64,000 nucleotides of DNA from the NCBI RefSeq assembly GCF_009914755.1, contig NC_060931.1; one strand, 5' to 3'. The notes under the pieces were generated by a model, which worked only from the letters and a program-made list of their open reading frames with translations, did not search any database and was not told the origin of the DNA. The position numbers and the translations under genes are program-made. The first letter of the stretch is position 1. Every line of letters starts with the position of its first letter. This document shows positions 43,363 to 59,290 of this stretch, one piece after another. The stretch is from the human T2T-CHM13v2.0 reference genome, Homo sapiens.

Positions 43363-43952
43363 AATGACCATGAAAATCAAGGCAGGTGGGCAAGGCATAC
43401 TTCAGGAATGGAATCATGAATAATTGCTGAGCAATTGGTCAGCAGATGTGAGACCCAGCAATAACGGTGGATTCTATATTAGTTAAAATACTGAACGCTA
43501 AGAGTTAAATGTTGTGCTCTAATCCAAGGTTTTTGTTTTCTACGCGCCCTCACCCACTACCCCCAGCAAGCCACCTTTTCAAATTGGACAGTAGTTTCTG
43601 CATCTGTAAAGGAGGAAGTTAAACTAAGTGATTTCAATATTGTCTTGTAGCTGTAACCATTTTTAATTTTTTTAAATGCTTGATGTTACTGTATTATGTA
43701 TAAATTATGGGTGTTTAAAGAAAAATTGCTAAGAAAATTTGTATTAAGCACTAAAGAAAGTATAAGATTTTGAAGTGAAAATAAGAGGGAAAAGGAGACA
43801 TCAGGCAGTGGTATAGGAGTGGGTGGAAGGTGAGGTTGAATGTTCAAGACTGCACTTTGATAGTTTAGTATTTTTAAATCTCATTTTATCCATAATGTAA
43901 TAAAACAGTATAACAGGAGAGTAATGTTAAGAGCATTTTAACAAAAATAATA

Positions 43953-44110
43953 CAGTACAGTGTGGTAGTATGTGCCTATGGTCCCAGCTACTTGGAAAGT
44001 TGAGGTGGGAGGATCACTTAGCCCAGGAGTTCAAGGCTGCAGTGAGCTATGATTGTGCCACTGCACTCCAGCCTGCGTGACAGAGTGAGACCCCGTCTCT
44101 AGAAAAGAAA
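43953..44110 (+). mobile_element. FRAM / AluJ right monomer
   Basis: Single Alu arm: gtcccagctact...ggatcacttagcccaggagttcaaggctgcagtgagctatgat. Confidence 0.85.
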
Positions 44111-44694
44111 TATACAATGTGGATAAAATGATAAATTCAACTGTATAAAGACTGGCAGAAGTAGAGAATTAAACAACACCTGTTAGGGTGAAGAACATTG
44201 AAAATATTAAGCTACAATTTTTAAATCAATTTTAGAAAAACAAATAGGGACAATAGATTATAATACTCTACCTCCCACCCTGGAACAAGTACCTCTTAAT
44301 TTGTACTTGTTTCCTTCAAGCTTCATCTATAGGCATAGTCATTTACATGGCGAAAAATCTTTTTCAGAGAATCAACTGTATATAAGTAAAAGAAACGTAT
44401 GAGAAAAAAATCACCACTGAGATATAACCAACATTAAACATTTTTGTATTCCCTTTTCTAGATTTTCACAATTGAGTTCATGATAAATTTATGGTTTTGT
44501 GTTTAGCTTCTCTTTAACAGGAAATAGAGAGCCATTTCCAAGCCATTAATATGTAATTGAAAATGTTATTTTAATTATACTATAATATCTTACAAATGTG
44601 CCCAAATAGAGAAACTCAAACATTTCTGTATTACTAGATAATTTGCTTGCAGTTTTTATGCTACGGTAATCATTGCATATTTTTACCACATTTA

Positions 44695-45300
44695 ATTATT
44701 CATTCATTCAGCAAGATTATTAGGCACTTTATGTGACAGTCACTGTGACTATGGTGGTAAACCAACAAACATAGCCCCTACTTGCTTCGAGAATATGGTC
44801 AGCTGAGCTACATTTGAATAGCTTCCAGGAAACCAGGTCAGAAAGATGTTGCAAAACGATTGTTACACATCTTGGATATAAATGATGAGAAAAAGAGTCA
44901 AAGATAACTTAAAAGCTTCAAATTTGGGGAATTAAGTGATCAACGATGTCATTGAAAATAATGGGAACATTGAAAAGGAGTACCACTGGAGGGAGAGGAA
45001 GAAGAGAACTCAAGGTACTGGACTTTATGTGATAGCGGCGGTGACCTCAGATGGACATGTCCAGTATATAACTCATACACAACAAAATCAGGGAGATGCA
45101 TGGGAATCAAGGAGCCATTCACCCAAAAGAGACAATCTTGGTTCCCACATCGTATTAGTTCTTGAATCATAAGAAGGTAGAGGGAAATGCAGTGGACCAC
45201 TGCCTACCTTGTAGGGGATGTTCATGTTTTGGGGGATTGGAGGGCTAGACCAGGGGAGAAATCAGTACAGTGACACAAATCAAGGGAAGGGTGACCAGAA
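44695..45300 (-). mobile_element. L2 fragments
   Basis: attcattcattcagcaagattattaggcactttatgtgacagtcactgtg. Confidence 0.55.
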
Positions 45301-46189
45301 GAGAAATGAAGGGTAAGAACAGAAAAAGAAAATCACTCCCTGGAGCAAGATAATACTTCAGCTCAGGTCTGTTCAGCGGGTAGGGGTGGTGGGTTATGAA
45401 GCCAGATTCCCTTCCTTGCTTGTTCCCAGCATGTTCTGCACACTGCTCATGTAGTTTGTGGCACATTGTATGTGCCCAGTAAATGCTTTTAGCCCAGAGG
45501 AAAAGAAAGATTTCCTGCCCCAAAAGTGTAAGAGTCAACACAGAAAACACACATGGGTTTATTAAGAAAGGTTAGACTTTCCATGGTTATTCAAAGGAGA
45601 CCTGTGATTCTCCTTGATGTTTTGGTGATGCTGGAGTGAAGGTGGGTATAGCCTCAGAGGGATGCACTAGGTTGTCCACTCTTGGCTCTGCTTCTATTAA
45701 GATTTTGCATGTGAAACAGATCCCACTGCTGAAAGAAAGGTTGAAAAACCCTGGACTAATAACATCTTAAGGTCCTCCCTGGTCAATAGTTCTATGAAAA
45801 GAAAAAGTCTATGTGGAAGAAAAGTGTTCAGAAGAGATCCAGTGAAAATGAAGATGTTGCAAAAATAAACATTGAGTGGTTCATGTGTGGAGACATTAGA
45901 TGGATGTTCTAATAAAGAAAGTTCTATGCTTCTAAGCGAATGGAAATGTTGGTAGCAAACTCCAGTAAGGTCATTAGTCTTACATGAAAGCTAAGACAGT
46001 GGGATATCCATCTATAGAATAACTAATCACATTACTGCTTAAAAAGAAACTTCTATTAAAAGACAACCTGTTTGTGACCCAGAGATTTGAATTAACTCAC
46101 ATAGTGAAAAAACTTTTTTTACTTCAGTGTTTTTGCATTGGAGTACCACAAACTTTCTATAAAATGGAAAATGAGAACACTTTAATTAA

Positions 46190-47130
46190 ATCATTCATTT
46201 TCTAAGTTATTCATTTATGCAACAGATATTTATTACGTGCTTACTCTGGGCTAAATAATCTTTTCATGGTTTGAGGAGACCGCAGTACACAAAATAACAT
46301 TCCTGCTCTCATAGAACTGATATTCCTGTAAGGAAAGATAGACAGTGAGAAAATAAATATATAATGTGTTTCTTAAGTGCTATTCTGAGAGATGCCATTT
46401 TACATACCATGTTCTGGGGAGTTTTCTCTCAGAGGTGATACTTGTTCACTGAAGTTTGTAAGGGCACCAAACTCACAAATAACAGGGATCAGAGCATTTG
46501 AGGCAGAGGGAGTAGCAACTTGGGTGGGTTTAATGATAATAGTATTAAATGAGAATTCTCATGCCTGCATATGTTAAATTAAGGAACATTCTCCCATGTA
46601 TTGAAGTCATCCTTTATATGAAGCATTTTCTTACTTGGGAAATGCTTGCTTTGTGTGGAACATTAAATTTCTGTATATGTTACAATTCAGGCATTAGATT
46701 GAGTGAATCCACAGAGTTTGAAGTACAACTGAATACGTATTCCAAGTAGGAATTATGCTGGGGCTAGGGATTTGGGCTTTCTGAGTCAGTTCACCATGAG
46801 AGTTAGTATAGATACAAGAAAATCGAAGTGTTTCTGTTTTGGAGAGTAGATGATAGTTCAGAAGGGAGAAGGGAGGAAGAATGTCCAGAGGATGAAGAGA
46901 CCCAGAGAGTGCTTTTTTTGAAAGTCAAAAGTAGAAGAATTTCAAGAAGGAACTATGTATCAGCTGCATCAAATACTCAGAAAGCTGAGACAGGCCACTG
47001 GTTGGTGACTTTTGAGTGCTGAATATGTGAAGCCAGGTTACAATGGATTTAAAGGGTGAGTGGGTAGTGAAGAATTGGGAGACACTGAGCCTGTAGACAA
47101 CTTTGAGAACTGGGTCAATGAAGAGAATTG
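46190..47130 (-). mobile_element. L2 fragments
   Basis: ttcatttatgcaacagatatttattacgtgcttactctggg...cctgctctcatagaactgatattc; gtatcagctgcatcaaat. Confidence 0.5.
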
Positions 47131-47869
47131 ATGTCACCTTGAGGATATTTTACAATCAATATTCATATATTTTATAATCTAAGTATTTTTAAAATAATGA
47201 AAACCAGTATATTTGTAAGGTAAAGGACACCAAAGATCCAAAAAGGCATACTGGATGGATCAAGGTATTGGAGCAGGCAAGAGAGGATGGGTGGAGGAGA
47301 CAGTGCCTTGAAATGTGGATGAAAAATTTTTCTGAAAGAAGAAGGGGAAGGAAGGAGGGGGACATTTCAATAAATGTTTTAGAGGAGAGAGAAGAAATTT
47401 GAAGATTTTATGATCTGCATGATTCCTACGTGAAAGGGAGTGGGGTATGGCTGGCACAGTGATGTGCATATGGAGGGCAGATGTTGAGGGAATGGATAAT
47501 ATTCATAATGCTGGTGAAATAATAAATGATTTGCAACTGATATGATAGGAAATAGTTGCTGACTAGATTTTTAATCTATTTTTTATCTGAGACATTATTA
47601 TGGAAATAGAAATGTTGTCTTCCCAATTTCTGATTTGTGATAGTTTATTTACTTTTCTATTAACATAAGCTTTTATATCTTCCTACCACCTGTAAATATT
47701 TCCCAGTTGTAGTAATTTTTACCAAAGACTTTTCTGGAGGCTATGGTTTACCTCTGTGATCTGTCTTAAATGTTTTGAAAAAAATTTAACCTAATGTATT
47801 GCTGTTTAATATTACTATCTTTTTAATATACATGACTTTATTTTTAACATATATGACTACTTCCTGGTT

Positions 47870-48357
47870 GTTCTGGTTATTTTTTCTCATGTAACCACCT
47901 CAAAATCCCCTAGTTTAAATAAACAATAGTCATTTTTAAATTTTCTTTTATGGTTTCAGGGTCAGGAATTCAGTAGGAGCTTGGCTGGGCAGCTCTGGAC
48001 TTGGGTTGCAGACACATGGTCGAGCTGGAGCTCGACTAATCAGGGCTGGAGCAGTTGGGACTAGCCAAACATTCCTGTTTCTTTCTTCAGAGTCTTAGGG
48101 CTTTCCAAGGGTTCTTGCCATGTGGGCTGGTTTGGACTTCCTTATATCATGGTGGTTGGGTTCCAAGAGTGGGTGGCCCAAGAGGACCAGATGGAAACTG
48201 TGTGGTTTCTCTTAATTTAGCTTCAGAAGTCATGCAGTAACTCTCTCCTGGTCAGAGCAGTCACAAACTCTCACCCAAAGTGAAGGGAAGGGGACATAGA
48301 TCCCATTTGTACATAAGAATGTCAAGAACGCTGGGGCTGTGTTTTCAAGCTGCCACA
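47870..48357 (-). mobile_element. MLT1 (MaLR) LTR, old subfamily
   Basis: gggtcaggaattcag...ttggctgggcag...ttagcttcagaagtcatgcag...aagggaaggggacataga...gccaca. Confidence 0.7.
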
Positions 48358-48821
48358 CTGACCATGTAAATTTTCATTAGAGCATATCACCAAGTCGAGC
48401 TGATAAACAGCTTTGTAGGGAAAAACTCCAGGAAACAATTTTATCAAGTTCCTGAATTTTTTGTTTTTCCCATACTCCTTATAGCCATTATATTACTGCT
48501 TCCCGTGCTAAATATAAAGCATGAATTGTCAAGAGTGTTACTTCGTGGGTCATGAGGTCCCTCATTTGCTCACCCTTTTTTCTTCCCTTTTTGACTAACA
48601 AGTTCATGGATGTGTCAGACTGAAAAAGATGGCGAAATACTGCCATAGTGTGACACATCTGAGGCAAGTGAGGAGGTGGTGACACTTCTTAGCAGATTCC
48701 CTAAATGTTCTCCATAAAGCGTGTTTTCATAATTCCCATTCTGCCTTTGAGTAAAACTTTCATTTGCAGAATACTTCCCCACGTAAATCTGATTTCTCAG
48801 AACATTACATATGTTATCTCT

Positions 48822-49360
48822 TGAGGTGAGCAGCATCTAAGATGGCTCCTAGTGTGCCCACCGCCTGGCGTTTATGCCCTTGTGTAATGCTTTCCCCTTG
48901 AGCGTGGGCTGGACCTCGTTACTCACTTCTAATGGATAGAATATGGCAAAAATGATGGGATATCACTTCTGAGACTAGGTGACAAAATGATTGTTACTTC
49001 TTGCTCACTTTGTCTTCCTCTCTTACCGGCTCGCTCTGAGGGAAGCCAGCTGCCATGTTACAAGTTGCTCTGAGGAGGGGCCCTCATATCAAGGAACTGA
49101 TGTTTCCAGCCAACAGCCAGTGTAAACCTGAGGCTTGACCTAAGCTTTGTGAATGAGCTTAGAAGTGGATGCCTCCCCAGAGGAGACCACAGCCATGGTT
49201 AACACCTTAATTGCCCCCTCATGAAAGACTGAGCCAAAGGCACCTAGCCAAGATTCATTGGAATTCCTGACCAAAGAAAACTGTAAGATAATAAGTGTTT
49301 GTTACTTAAAGCCACTGGGTTTTGTAGTAACTTGTTGCACACCAATAATTACCTAATATA
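48822..49360 (+). mobile_element. MLT1 (F-like) LTR
   Basis: ctaagatggctcc...ccttgagcgtgggctggacct...tgtaagataataagtgtttgttacttaaagccact. Confidence 0.78.
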
Positions 49361-52300
49361 ACTCTTTTATAGAGATATACTAATAGATAACTAATATATC
49401 CCATGACCAAGAAAGAGTAGATACTATTATTACTCTTATTTTATAGCAGAGAAAATTATCTTTGGAGATCATATGAACTTCCCTAAGAAGACATGTTTAG
49501 TGTGTGCCAGAACTGAGACTAAATGCCAAATCTGCTTACTCTTTCATCAGAATACTCTGTTTTGTCTTTTTGTTTGGTTGTTTTTGCTCTGATTCTTAAT
49601 CAGGAGTATGTCTTAGAATGACTTAGAGTTATTTGTTGAATGCACATTCTTAGACCCCACTGAGGATTCTGAATCCGAGTCTCAGGGGATGGGACATCCC
49701 TCTGTAGTAAAACAGATAAGCAGTCCCTGGTTGATGAGTTCTCTTAAGAACTCTACTCTAAAAGATACATGGAATTCTTTGAAATGTTAAGCATGTTTTA
49801 AATTTCCTGGCCTTATGTGACAACCTTAAAACCTAGATAGTGTGGACATTCTATCTGGAATGTGGAAGTCATTCTTCGGTTAGACTGAGTCCTTTGTTTC
49901 TCACAGAGATACTTTTGATAGGACCTCAAGGGACCCTCCCTTATAATGAGGATATTCATGGCTTTGTGCTACTAGTATCAGGTGACTATTATTAGAATTG
50001 CATACACAAGCAAATGAATATTTGTAATCATCATGTCCCAGCACTGTGACTTCTTATCTTAGCTGGCCACTTGATTGACACTCTGTTTTCCACTCTCATT
50101 TTGCAACTTACCTTTTCTTATGCTTCAGAAGTCTTTACCCTCAAGGATAAATCTGTCCAGGATGTTAATCTTTTAGTGAGGCATGAGTTCATTTAAAACC
50201 TGACCTTGTATCATCTCTTGCCCAACGCCCTGCAAGAAAAAAGCCTCCTCAAAATATTCTATCCTAAATTGATTTCTTATGTCTCACTATTACATAACTT
50301 GATAAAAAGCTATGGCTGTTTGATTAAGATTTATCATAAAATAATCTACCCAAGTCATTGAAGCATTTCCCTTAGAGAACAGTTTTATTCTAAGTCAAGT
50401 TAACAGATTATCTGACCTTGGAGCTGAATTTGTCCTCTATCTCATTTGTCTCTTTTGACAATGACAGTCATACGTTTCCAGGTAATGTGTATGTATGGAG
50501 GCTATGGCTTTCATATTCTTACTAAAATCTCTTTGTGGGTTTAGTTGTACTGGAAGTGTTGAAAACTGTATTTTAGATATACCATTCAATTAAATTTTTC
50601 TTAGTATAATACCTAATATAAATTCAGGCTTCTATTAATTTTGAATAACTCTAGACATGAAAATTGTCAGTGAATCTGAGTCTCTGTGTGGGCATATATT
50701 CTTCTCCAGGACAAAAGCAAATGTCAGTATTGTCATATTTTACCTTTCATGTTGGTCAATCCCTGGTAAAGATGCAAGAATTGGTTTAGAGACACATATG
50801 GTGCTATTAAACTTCTGTGTCTAAGTATCTGCCAGTTTTTCCTCTTCCTCTCTCTCCAATGTCTAAATATAACCCAACATTCAAAATATATGAAATGTTC
50901 CCCCTCACCAGTGAATTTTTCTCTGATTTTTCAATTGGAAATTTTCTTTCCTCCTCCTGGACCTCTTGGTCTCTTTGCCCAAACTTTCTGGTGTCTCTCT
51001 TCAGTGTCTGCCTTGCACTGCAGCTGTTTTGCTCTTATTCTCCTAATAGAGTTTAGGATTTGAGAGTAGAGGTAAGAATATAAGGACTACTTTGTGTGGA
51101 GCAAACAGTATGTGCCCTGACATGGCTTAGATATTGACTTGTGATGACAGAATTATTGCAGAGGCCAAGGACATTTCTTGAACTTCTCTGTGTCCCTTTT
51201 TAAATACATCTTTTGGAGAATTCTGTGGGAATGAAGTTAGAACCAAAGTTTAAAAATTAAAGATGGTTTTCCTTCTTTCATTTGTTTGTTTAAAAATAGA
51301 TGCAAATTCATGCTTTTTGTTAGTTTCTCCTGTTGCAGTTCTTTGTTCTAATAATACCTAAATCATTAATGGCAGATAACATTTAACATTCAGATGCAGA
51401 GTTCATTTCCTTGAAGCTCAAGAGAACAAATTACTATCAATTTGCTCTAAGTAAAATTTGGTATTAAAAATGTTTCATGTTTGCCAAGTAGAAAGTAAAC
51501 AGCTGAGAGGTGTTAATAAAACCTTTTTGGGAGAATAATATTAGGTTCTTTTCTTGGCTCTCATATTATTCATAATAAAATGAAATACTGCTTATCTTTC
51601 ATATAGAATAGTGATATATGCACATTTAATTTGATTATTGACTCTTGGGATGTGATTCAAGTCATTCAGCAGTTGTGAGTGTCTTTAGTAAGCCTGACAG
51701 TGGGCTTCAGTGAACTTCTATTTTGAAGAAGTTTGACAAAATTTTTATTGAATGTTCTTTCTACTGCTTAGTACTGGGAATGCCACTCTGAGGATATTAT
51801 GAAGGTAAAATAATAAAGGAACTAAAATTGATTTTCAATTCCTTATTAATTTTCTACCTTATACCAAAAATCTTTTTTAGGCATAAATAATCAGTGCATA
51901 GAGTGGCTCATCTCATTATTTTGATCTTCCTAATATACCATCATGTCAAATTAGATGTGAAATGGAAAAAGGATTAACTTGAATGACATTTTAACCACCT
52001 TTCTAGCAAAAAATATTTTAGATGAATATAATGTGTTTTTTGTTTATCTTTCCAAATGTTAAGCTAATTTTTACAAGCAATAAAATATGCTATTATATGA
52101 GAAATCTCAGTACCTTCCACTTAATTTTGTTGTCAACCTAACACTGCTTTAAAAAATAAAATACATGATTTAAAAAAAGGATGTTGTGGATGAATAAAAA
52201 CAGAATACTGTCCACAAAATCCATTCTTTTTTTTTGAGGTAATAGTAAGATTGTCCTTTCAGGAATTTCATCTTCTGTCAGTGAGACACAGTGCAGAAGT

Positions 52301-52375
52301 GAATAGACACTTGGGCAATAAAAATATTTATTCTCTGACAGTTTTATGGAAACTGTGGTAGGTGGGGTAGAGAGG

Positions 52376-53043
<668 letters not shown>

Positions 53044-53140
53044 GGAGGTGGTGCCAAAATAAGCAAATGCCAGGCTATGAAGCAGAGGAATTAACGGTAT
53101 AATAGGGGATCAAGCTGAAGCATTAAAAACCTGTCACCAG

Positions 53141-53437
<297 letters not shown>

Positions 53438-56400
53438 CCTGTCATCAGTACTCTGGGGTAGGAAAAACTGTTGGGGGACATTGCTGCTGACCTTCTCCTT
53501 CCTGTGTATTTAAGTTGTTATGAATTGGTTAAAATGGCAGCATTCGCTTATTTGAGCAGAGCTGTGTCAACATTACTTCAAAAAAGGTAAGAAATGCGAT
53601 ACCGTATTATCATTCACACAAAACTCAGCAACTTTTAATAGAAAATAATCAACCTTCTACTCTTGAGTTTTAAGAGTGGCCTATTTGTTCAAACATAGGT
53701 ATTTTGCGGTTTACAAAAAATTATTATTACTTAGTAGTATAACTGTTCTGTCTCAGCCACCACTTTAGCATTTCTTTAATACCAATTTGAAAAAAGTAAT
53801 GACTGGGCCATATGAAATAGTTTCGTCTTCTCTAGAGATGTATACAATTATTTGACTTCTAGTTTCTAAAGTGGTGATTTTATTTATGAAAATACCACAA
53901 TAAGCAAGCTGAATTTTTTTTTATTGCTTCAGTAAGCCAACTGCTTGGTATTTCTTTGCTTAGAAAGTTAGCTGAAAAATACACAGCAGAATGCTCACTT
54001 CCTCTTGCTTTTTGACTTACCATCCCCTGTAGGCCTGCAGCCCAAGAATGGAGTTTGACAAATGCCAGGAATCTAGCCTATAATTTGTGTTTAGTGTTCA
54101 AAACCCTATACTTAAGTAAAAAGAACTACAAACCAGTCTTCTGTAGGCTACTTCCAATTCACTGCTCAATATTTTGCCATCTCTTTTTATGTGATCCTGT
54201 GGCTATGGCTTACTTTTTGCCAAAAAACAGCTGTGGCTTACTTTTTGCTGATGTACACACTTATTCCAGATTGTTTCCACCAATAGCCAGGCCTGACATG
54301 CCACACCATATGTTTATAACATTGGGATAGGATTCAAGAAAGTAATAGAAGGATATAGCCGAGATTCGTGTTAGTATAAGTAGTTTATTAAGGTGTTGCT
54401 ACAATGACAGAGAGTACTCTTTATTCCCTCCACATAACCCAGGCTGCTCTTTGAGAACTTTTTTTGCTTCAGGGCTACCTGTGACAATATGTAGGACAAG
54501 TTTTAGAAAACAGAAAGACAAAGATGAGAATTTGTTTTAAGAGGCTCTTTCCCAAAGTCTTAAGAAAGGAGATTATCTAAGTGAGGTCTTCACATTTAAT
54601 GACATTCTCAAAACAGCAGTTTGTGAAGCGAATCATCTGGAATGTTTATGCTTTGGGAAGTTCAGGAGGTCAACAGAGTAACTAAGAGGATTACACATTT
54701 AAAACTCAGTGCATTTCTAAATGCCTTTATTCATATTTGTATGGTCTTCGCTGGAATAAAATTTATGGGAGCAAGCTATTCATGTCAGGTTAGTTTTTGG
54801 AAATACATAACTAAATTCAGAAATAGCAACTACAGATCAGCAGGCAAAAATATTAGTTTTTTGTTATTGTTACTGTTTTTTTTGTCTTAAACTCTGAAAA
54901 CTCTTAAAATTAATCTTTACCTTTGTGCTCTGAAGCAGCTTTTGGTTAGAGATGCTTTCTTTTCTTTTGTTCTAGTCCATCTGTTTATGAAAAAATGTTA
55001 TCCCAATGAAATAGGCTTTTAAATATTGGGGAGAAACAGTATACTGTCTAGGATGACAGATTAATTCCCTTCTTTTTCCCTTAAGGGAGACTAGTAAGAA
55101 TTTGAAGACATATTGATGCTGATAGCTTACCCCTAAGGTCTGTGTGTTCTACCAAAAATAATGAAAGAAGGAAATTTAGTCCTGCTACTGACTCTCAGAA
55201 TACGTATCTTTGATAATAGCAGCCTGTCGCTTCAGATGGTAAGATAAAAAAATCACTCAGAAGAGAAAGAAGAAAGCAAATGAAGAGATTTTATCCACGC
55301 TGTGTTGCAGCTTAACCTGCTGGATAAATAATATAGTGATAATGGAAATACAATATGAAGCTTCCTTCAATAGTGGCTCCGTTTTTTATTGTTTCTTTCA
55401 TGGGAAAGGCAATACTTTTTTCAAATATGAATATAAAGAAACTTTCTTTTTATCCTCTTACTCTCTCCTTTACTTCTATTTAGTATTTCATTAATCCCAC
55501 TCAAACCCAAGAGGGAAAATTAGGATATGTGGCAGTAATTTGCGTATGTATCTCCTAGCAATGTCCCAGGAACAAAGTTGGTTGAGCCTAGCACCCTGTG
55601 TGCTACCTCCATTAAAATAACCGACACATAAACCTTTCATGTAACCAGAGCTGTCAGAGCTTAAACCCAGTTGTTGTCTTTAAAGCTCTTTGTCTTTGCA
55701 TTACACTATGTTTAAGCCCAATGTAAGTGATACAACTTAACCATTTGTAATGAACTAATGGAGTTTATGACTCAAGGAGGTGATAGTAAATATGGAAGTA
55801 TGTCAAGTTTATTTAAGGTAAATTCTGGAATGAAAGATTACCTCTGGACTGGTTGTTGGAAGACCCAACCTGTAGTCCCGTCTATTTGTAACTGGGTTTA
55901 AGGAGGGTTTGATTTATTTACCTATAGAATGAGGTTAAAGAATTCATAGCCTGCAAATAAAAAACATATTAGTGTAATTGTTTGTTGAAATGAAATTTCA
56001 CCAATAATGCCAAATTTCCCCTGTGTAGTATCCCCCCAACCTCCTTAGAGTGTCTCCAAGAAAGTACAGGACTCCAAGGAACATACTATGAGAAGCACTA
56101 GATCAAATGATGTTTACAGTATCTCCAAAATTGTTTCATTTTCTCCACACTAGTTATATTTGCTTTATGTTATAATATCTCTTATATATTTAAAAATTAA
56201 TGTCATAAAGATTTCTTTATGCCTTTATGTTCTGAATGTATTACCTCCATTAAAATATTTGTCTTCTGATTTTTCTTAGCTGTTTAATTATTTTGATCAC
56301 TTGTGTAGTGTAAGTATTTTGATCCCACAGCAGTTTTTTCCATAACTCCTAGTATGAACTGCCTTTTACTAAAACTAAGTATTCATAAACCAACTCAACC

Positions 56401-56625
56401 AATATGTATTGAGTATCTACTTTATGTCAGTTACTGTGTTAGAACCTAGGATGTAAAAGCAAACAAGACATTGTCTTCACCTTCAGGGATCTCACAGTCT
56501 GGCCAAGGAGAAAGATAGGAGGCAGATAGTCATGACACCATGTGTTAAGTGCTGAACCCCAGCCTCTTGAATCTAGCCTCGTGATTAATTTATCTTCTTG
56601 GATGTTTAATAAGAATATCAGATGT

Positions 56626-56931
<306 letters not shown>

Positions 56932-57241
56932 CTATCTAAGTCATAGCTCTTAATATATCAAACAAAATCATTCAAATTTGTTCCTCTCCAATTTTTCCTA
57001 TTTCAGTGAATGGCAGTTTAAGAGTCACTCTTAATTCTTATCCTGTCCTCATCCCATGCATCAGATGTATCAGCTAGTTCTACTAATTCTAGTTGTAAAA
57101 TAGATATTGATCCACAGTTTTCCACCATACTAGTCCTAGTCATCATTATGTCTCACCTGGTCACTGTCGCAGTCTCCATATCACCTCCATTTTGCCCCCA
57201 CCCCTTGACAACACTCCTGTCATCTTAAATGGCAGCCATGG

Positions 57242-57710
57242 TGTGTTAGCTAGCGTATTGGTTTGCCTACTGAAAAAGAGGCAAAAATGACGTGTCTTAG
57301 AAAAAAATAAATCGTTTGTTCCTTTCTCATGTGTAATGCAAGCTGGTGGATGGATGGGCTGTGCTGCATGAAGTCCTTCAGGTTCCTGGGTTTCTTTTAT
57401 CTGGGGTCCCTCTCTCTCCTTGGGTATTGCCATCATCTACATAGTAGAAGCTGGGTAACCACCACAGCATCAAATTCCAGAAATCCAGGAGCTTCTTCCT
57501 AAAGGTGTGACCTAGAAGTTGCACACTTCCACCCATATAATTTTGTCCAGAACCCTGTTACATGGCCAGAACAAGATAATAAGGGGATTGGGAAATGTAA
57601 CCTCTAGCTGGGTCACTGGGTGTTCATATAAAATTCAAGAAAATTGATTGTTTATTGGAGAAAATAGAAAATGATTATGGGGGCAGGCAGTAAGTAAACT
57701 CCATTGCCCA
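57242..57710 (-). mobile_element. MLT1 (J/K-like) LTR
   Basis: cctagaagttgcacacttcc...ccagaacc..tacatggcca...tgggaaatgtaacctctagctggg. Confidence 0.65.
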
Positions 57711-57807
57711 GGGTGGTTATTTTAAAATGTCAGATTATGCTGGTCCCCGTGTATCACCCTTTGATAACTTGCAGTATACCTTGACTAAAAAGCCAGATTC
57801 CCCTAAA

Positions 57808-58262
57808 CACACTGTATCAAAATATGTGGAATAGAGCTAAAGCAGTGCTTAGAGGGAAATGTATAGCATTAAAATCTTATACTAGAAAACAAGAAAGATT
57901 TAAAATGAATGATCTATGCGTTCATACTACAAAGTAGAAGTATAGAAGCAAATTAAATTGAAAGCAAGCAGAAAGAACAAAATGATAAATATGAAAGAAG
58001 AGATATATGAAATTGAAAACATAAAACCAGTAGAAAACTGCGATGAAATCAATAGCTGGTTTTTTGAAATGATTAGTAAGTGTGATAAACATCTAGCCTG
58101 ACTTACTAAGAAAAGAAAGAAGAGATGTCACTTTCCGTTCTGAAGACATTAAAAGGCTAATAAAGGAACATTGTGAATAAATATATGCTAATAAAGTTGA
58201 TAACTTAGATGAAATGGACAAGTTCCTTGAAATATACAAACCTATTAAAGCTTATTTGAGGA
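57808..58262 (+). mobile_element. L1M ORF2 fragment
   Basis: tatcaaaatatgtggaatagagctaaagcagtgcttagagggaaatgtatagcatta translates YQNMWNRAKAVLRGKCIAL (ORF2-like). Confidence 0.8.
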
Positions 58263-58629
58263 GGTACAAGTAACCAATCTACTGGGGAGTGGTATTGGTG
58301 AGGGGCATTTCCAACTATTTTCTTTTAAGCCTAAAGGTGTGTGAGCAAGGTCAATAGAAGGACAAAGCCAGTATTAAAATTTTGGATTTTGAAGGAGACT
58401 CCTATTTCCTTAAAGAATATCAATTGATGTCATCTTCTGGTAGTAAGTTGTTGGTAAGTTGGATGACTTGGAACCTAAAGGACACAGGGGAAGTTTTGAA
58501 GTGAAGCGGTGAGTAGCGTGCAGATCTGACCATGGGAAATTAATATTGAAATTAATGAACAGCACTGAGGCCCAATTTGAGGTTTAAAGTTGTTGCATTC
58601 ACCAATGGATGGTTATCATAGAAGTTTCC

Positions 58630-59290
58630 TGTACCAATCAGGGTTCAGTCTGGTCAAAACCACACTATAATTTGAACAAGGATGGCTTAATATACTTGTG
58701 AACTATTTACAAGGGATTTGCTACTAAAAGGATATAAAAGAAAAATCTGAAGAATACCCTGAGGCTGAGGGAGAGAACCCAAGAAAGAAACCAGCGTGGA
58801 AAGGCTCTCCCTCGCCAAGTTCAGATTCAGAATCTCATTGGAGAAGGAGTGGTGTGGTCCACTGGGTGATGGAGAGGTTCATTGTGTTACCCTGGGCCAG
58901 ATCTGGCCCATAGCAGCAGGACAGAGGCTGGTGGCGTGAGATTCCAGGTCAGCATTAGCTCACTGGTGGCTTCCCTCTGGGTGCCAGTGGGCCCAGGTTG
59001 GTGGGCAGGGCATTGTGAGCAGGAAATCCCCTCCTGGGTTCTAGCAGGCTGAGGCTGGTGAGCCAGCAGGGAACTGCTGACAAGGGCTGGAAAGCTGGAA
59101 GGTGAACACCACTTCGTGGTGGGTGCACTGCTGGGAACACAAGCCACTGGATCAAGATCCTTCCTCGTTCAGGGTCCCTCCAGCACCATCTATGGACAAA
59201 ACTTAGCATCTTGTCAGCTGGCAGGGGAGAAATATTCCAATATCACAAGGAGGCCATGGAAGATACCCTTGGAGTGGAACAGCATTACAC
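58630..59290 (-). mobile_element. ERVL-type LTR (LTR41/LTR52-like)
   Basis: tgtaccaatcagggttcag...aaaccacactataatttgaacaagga...; subfamily uncertain. Confidence 0.45.
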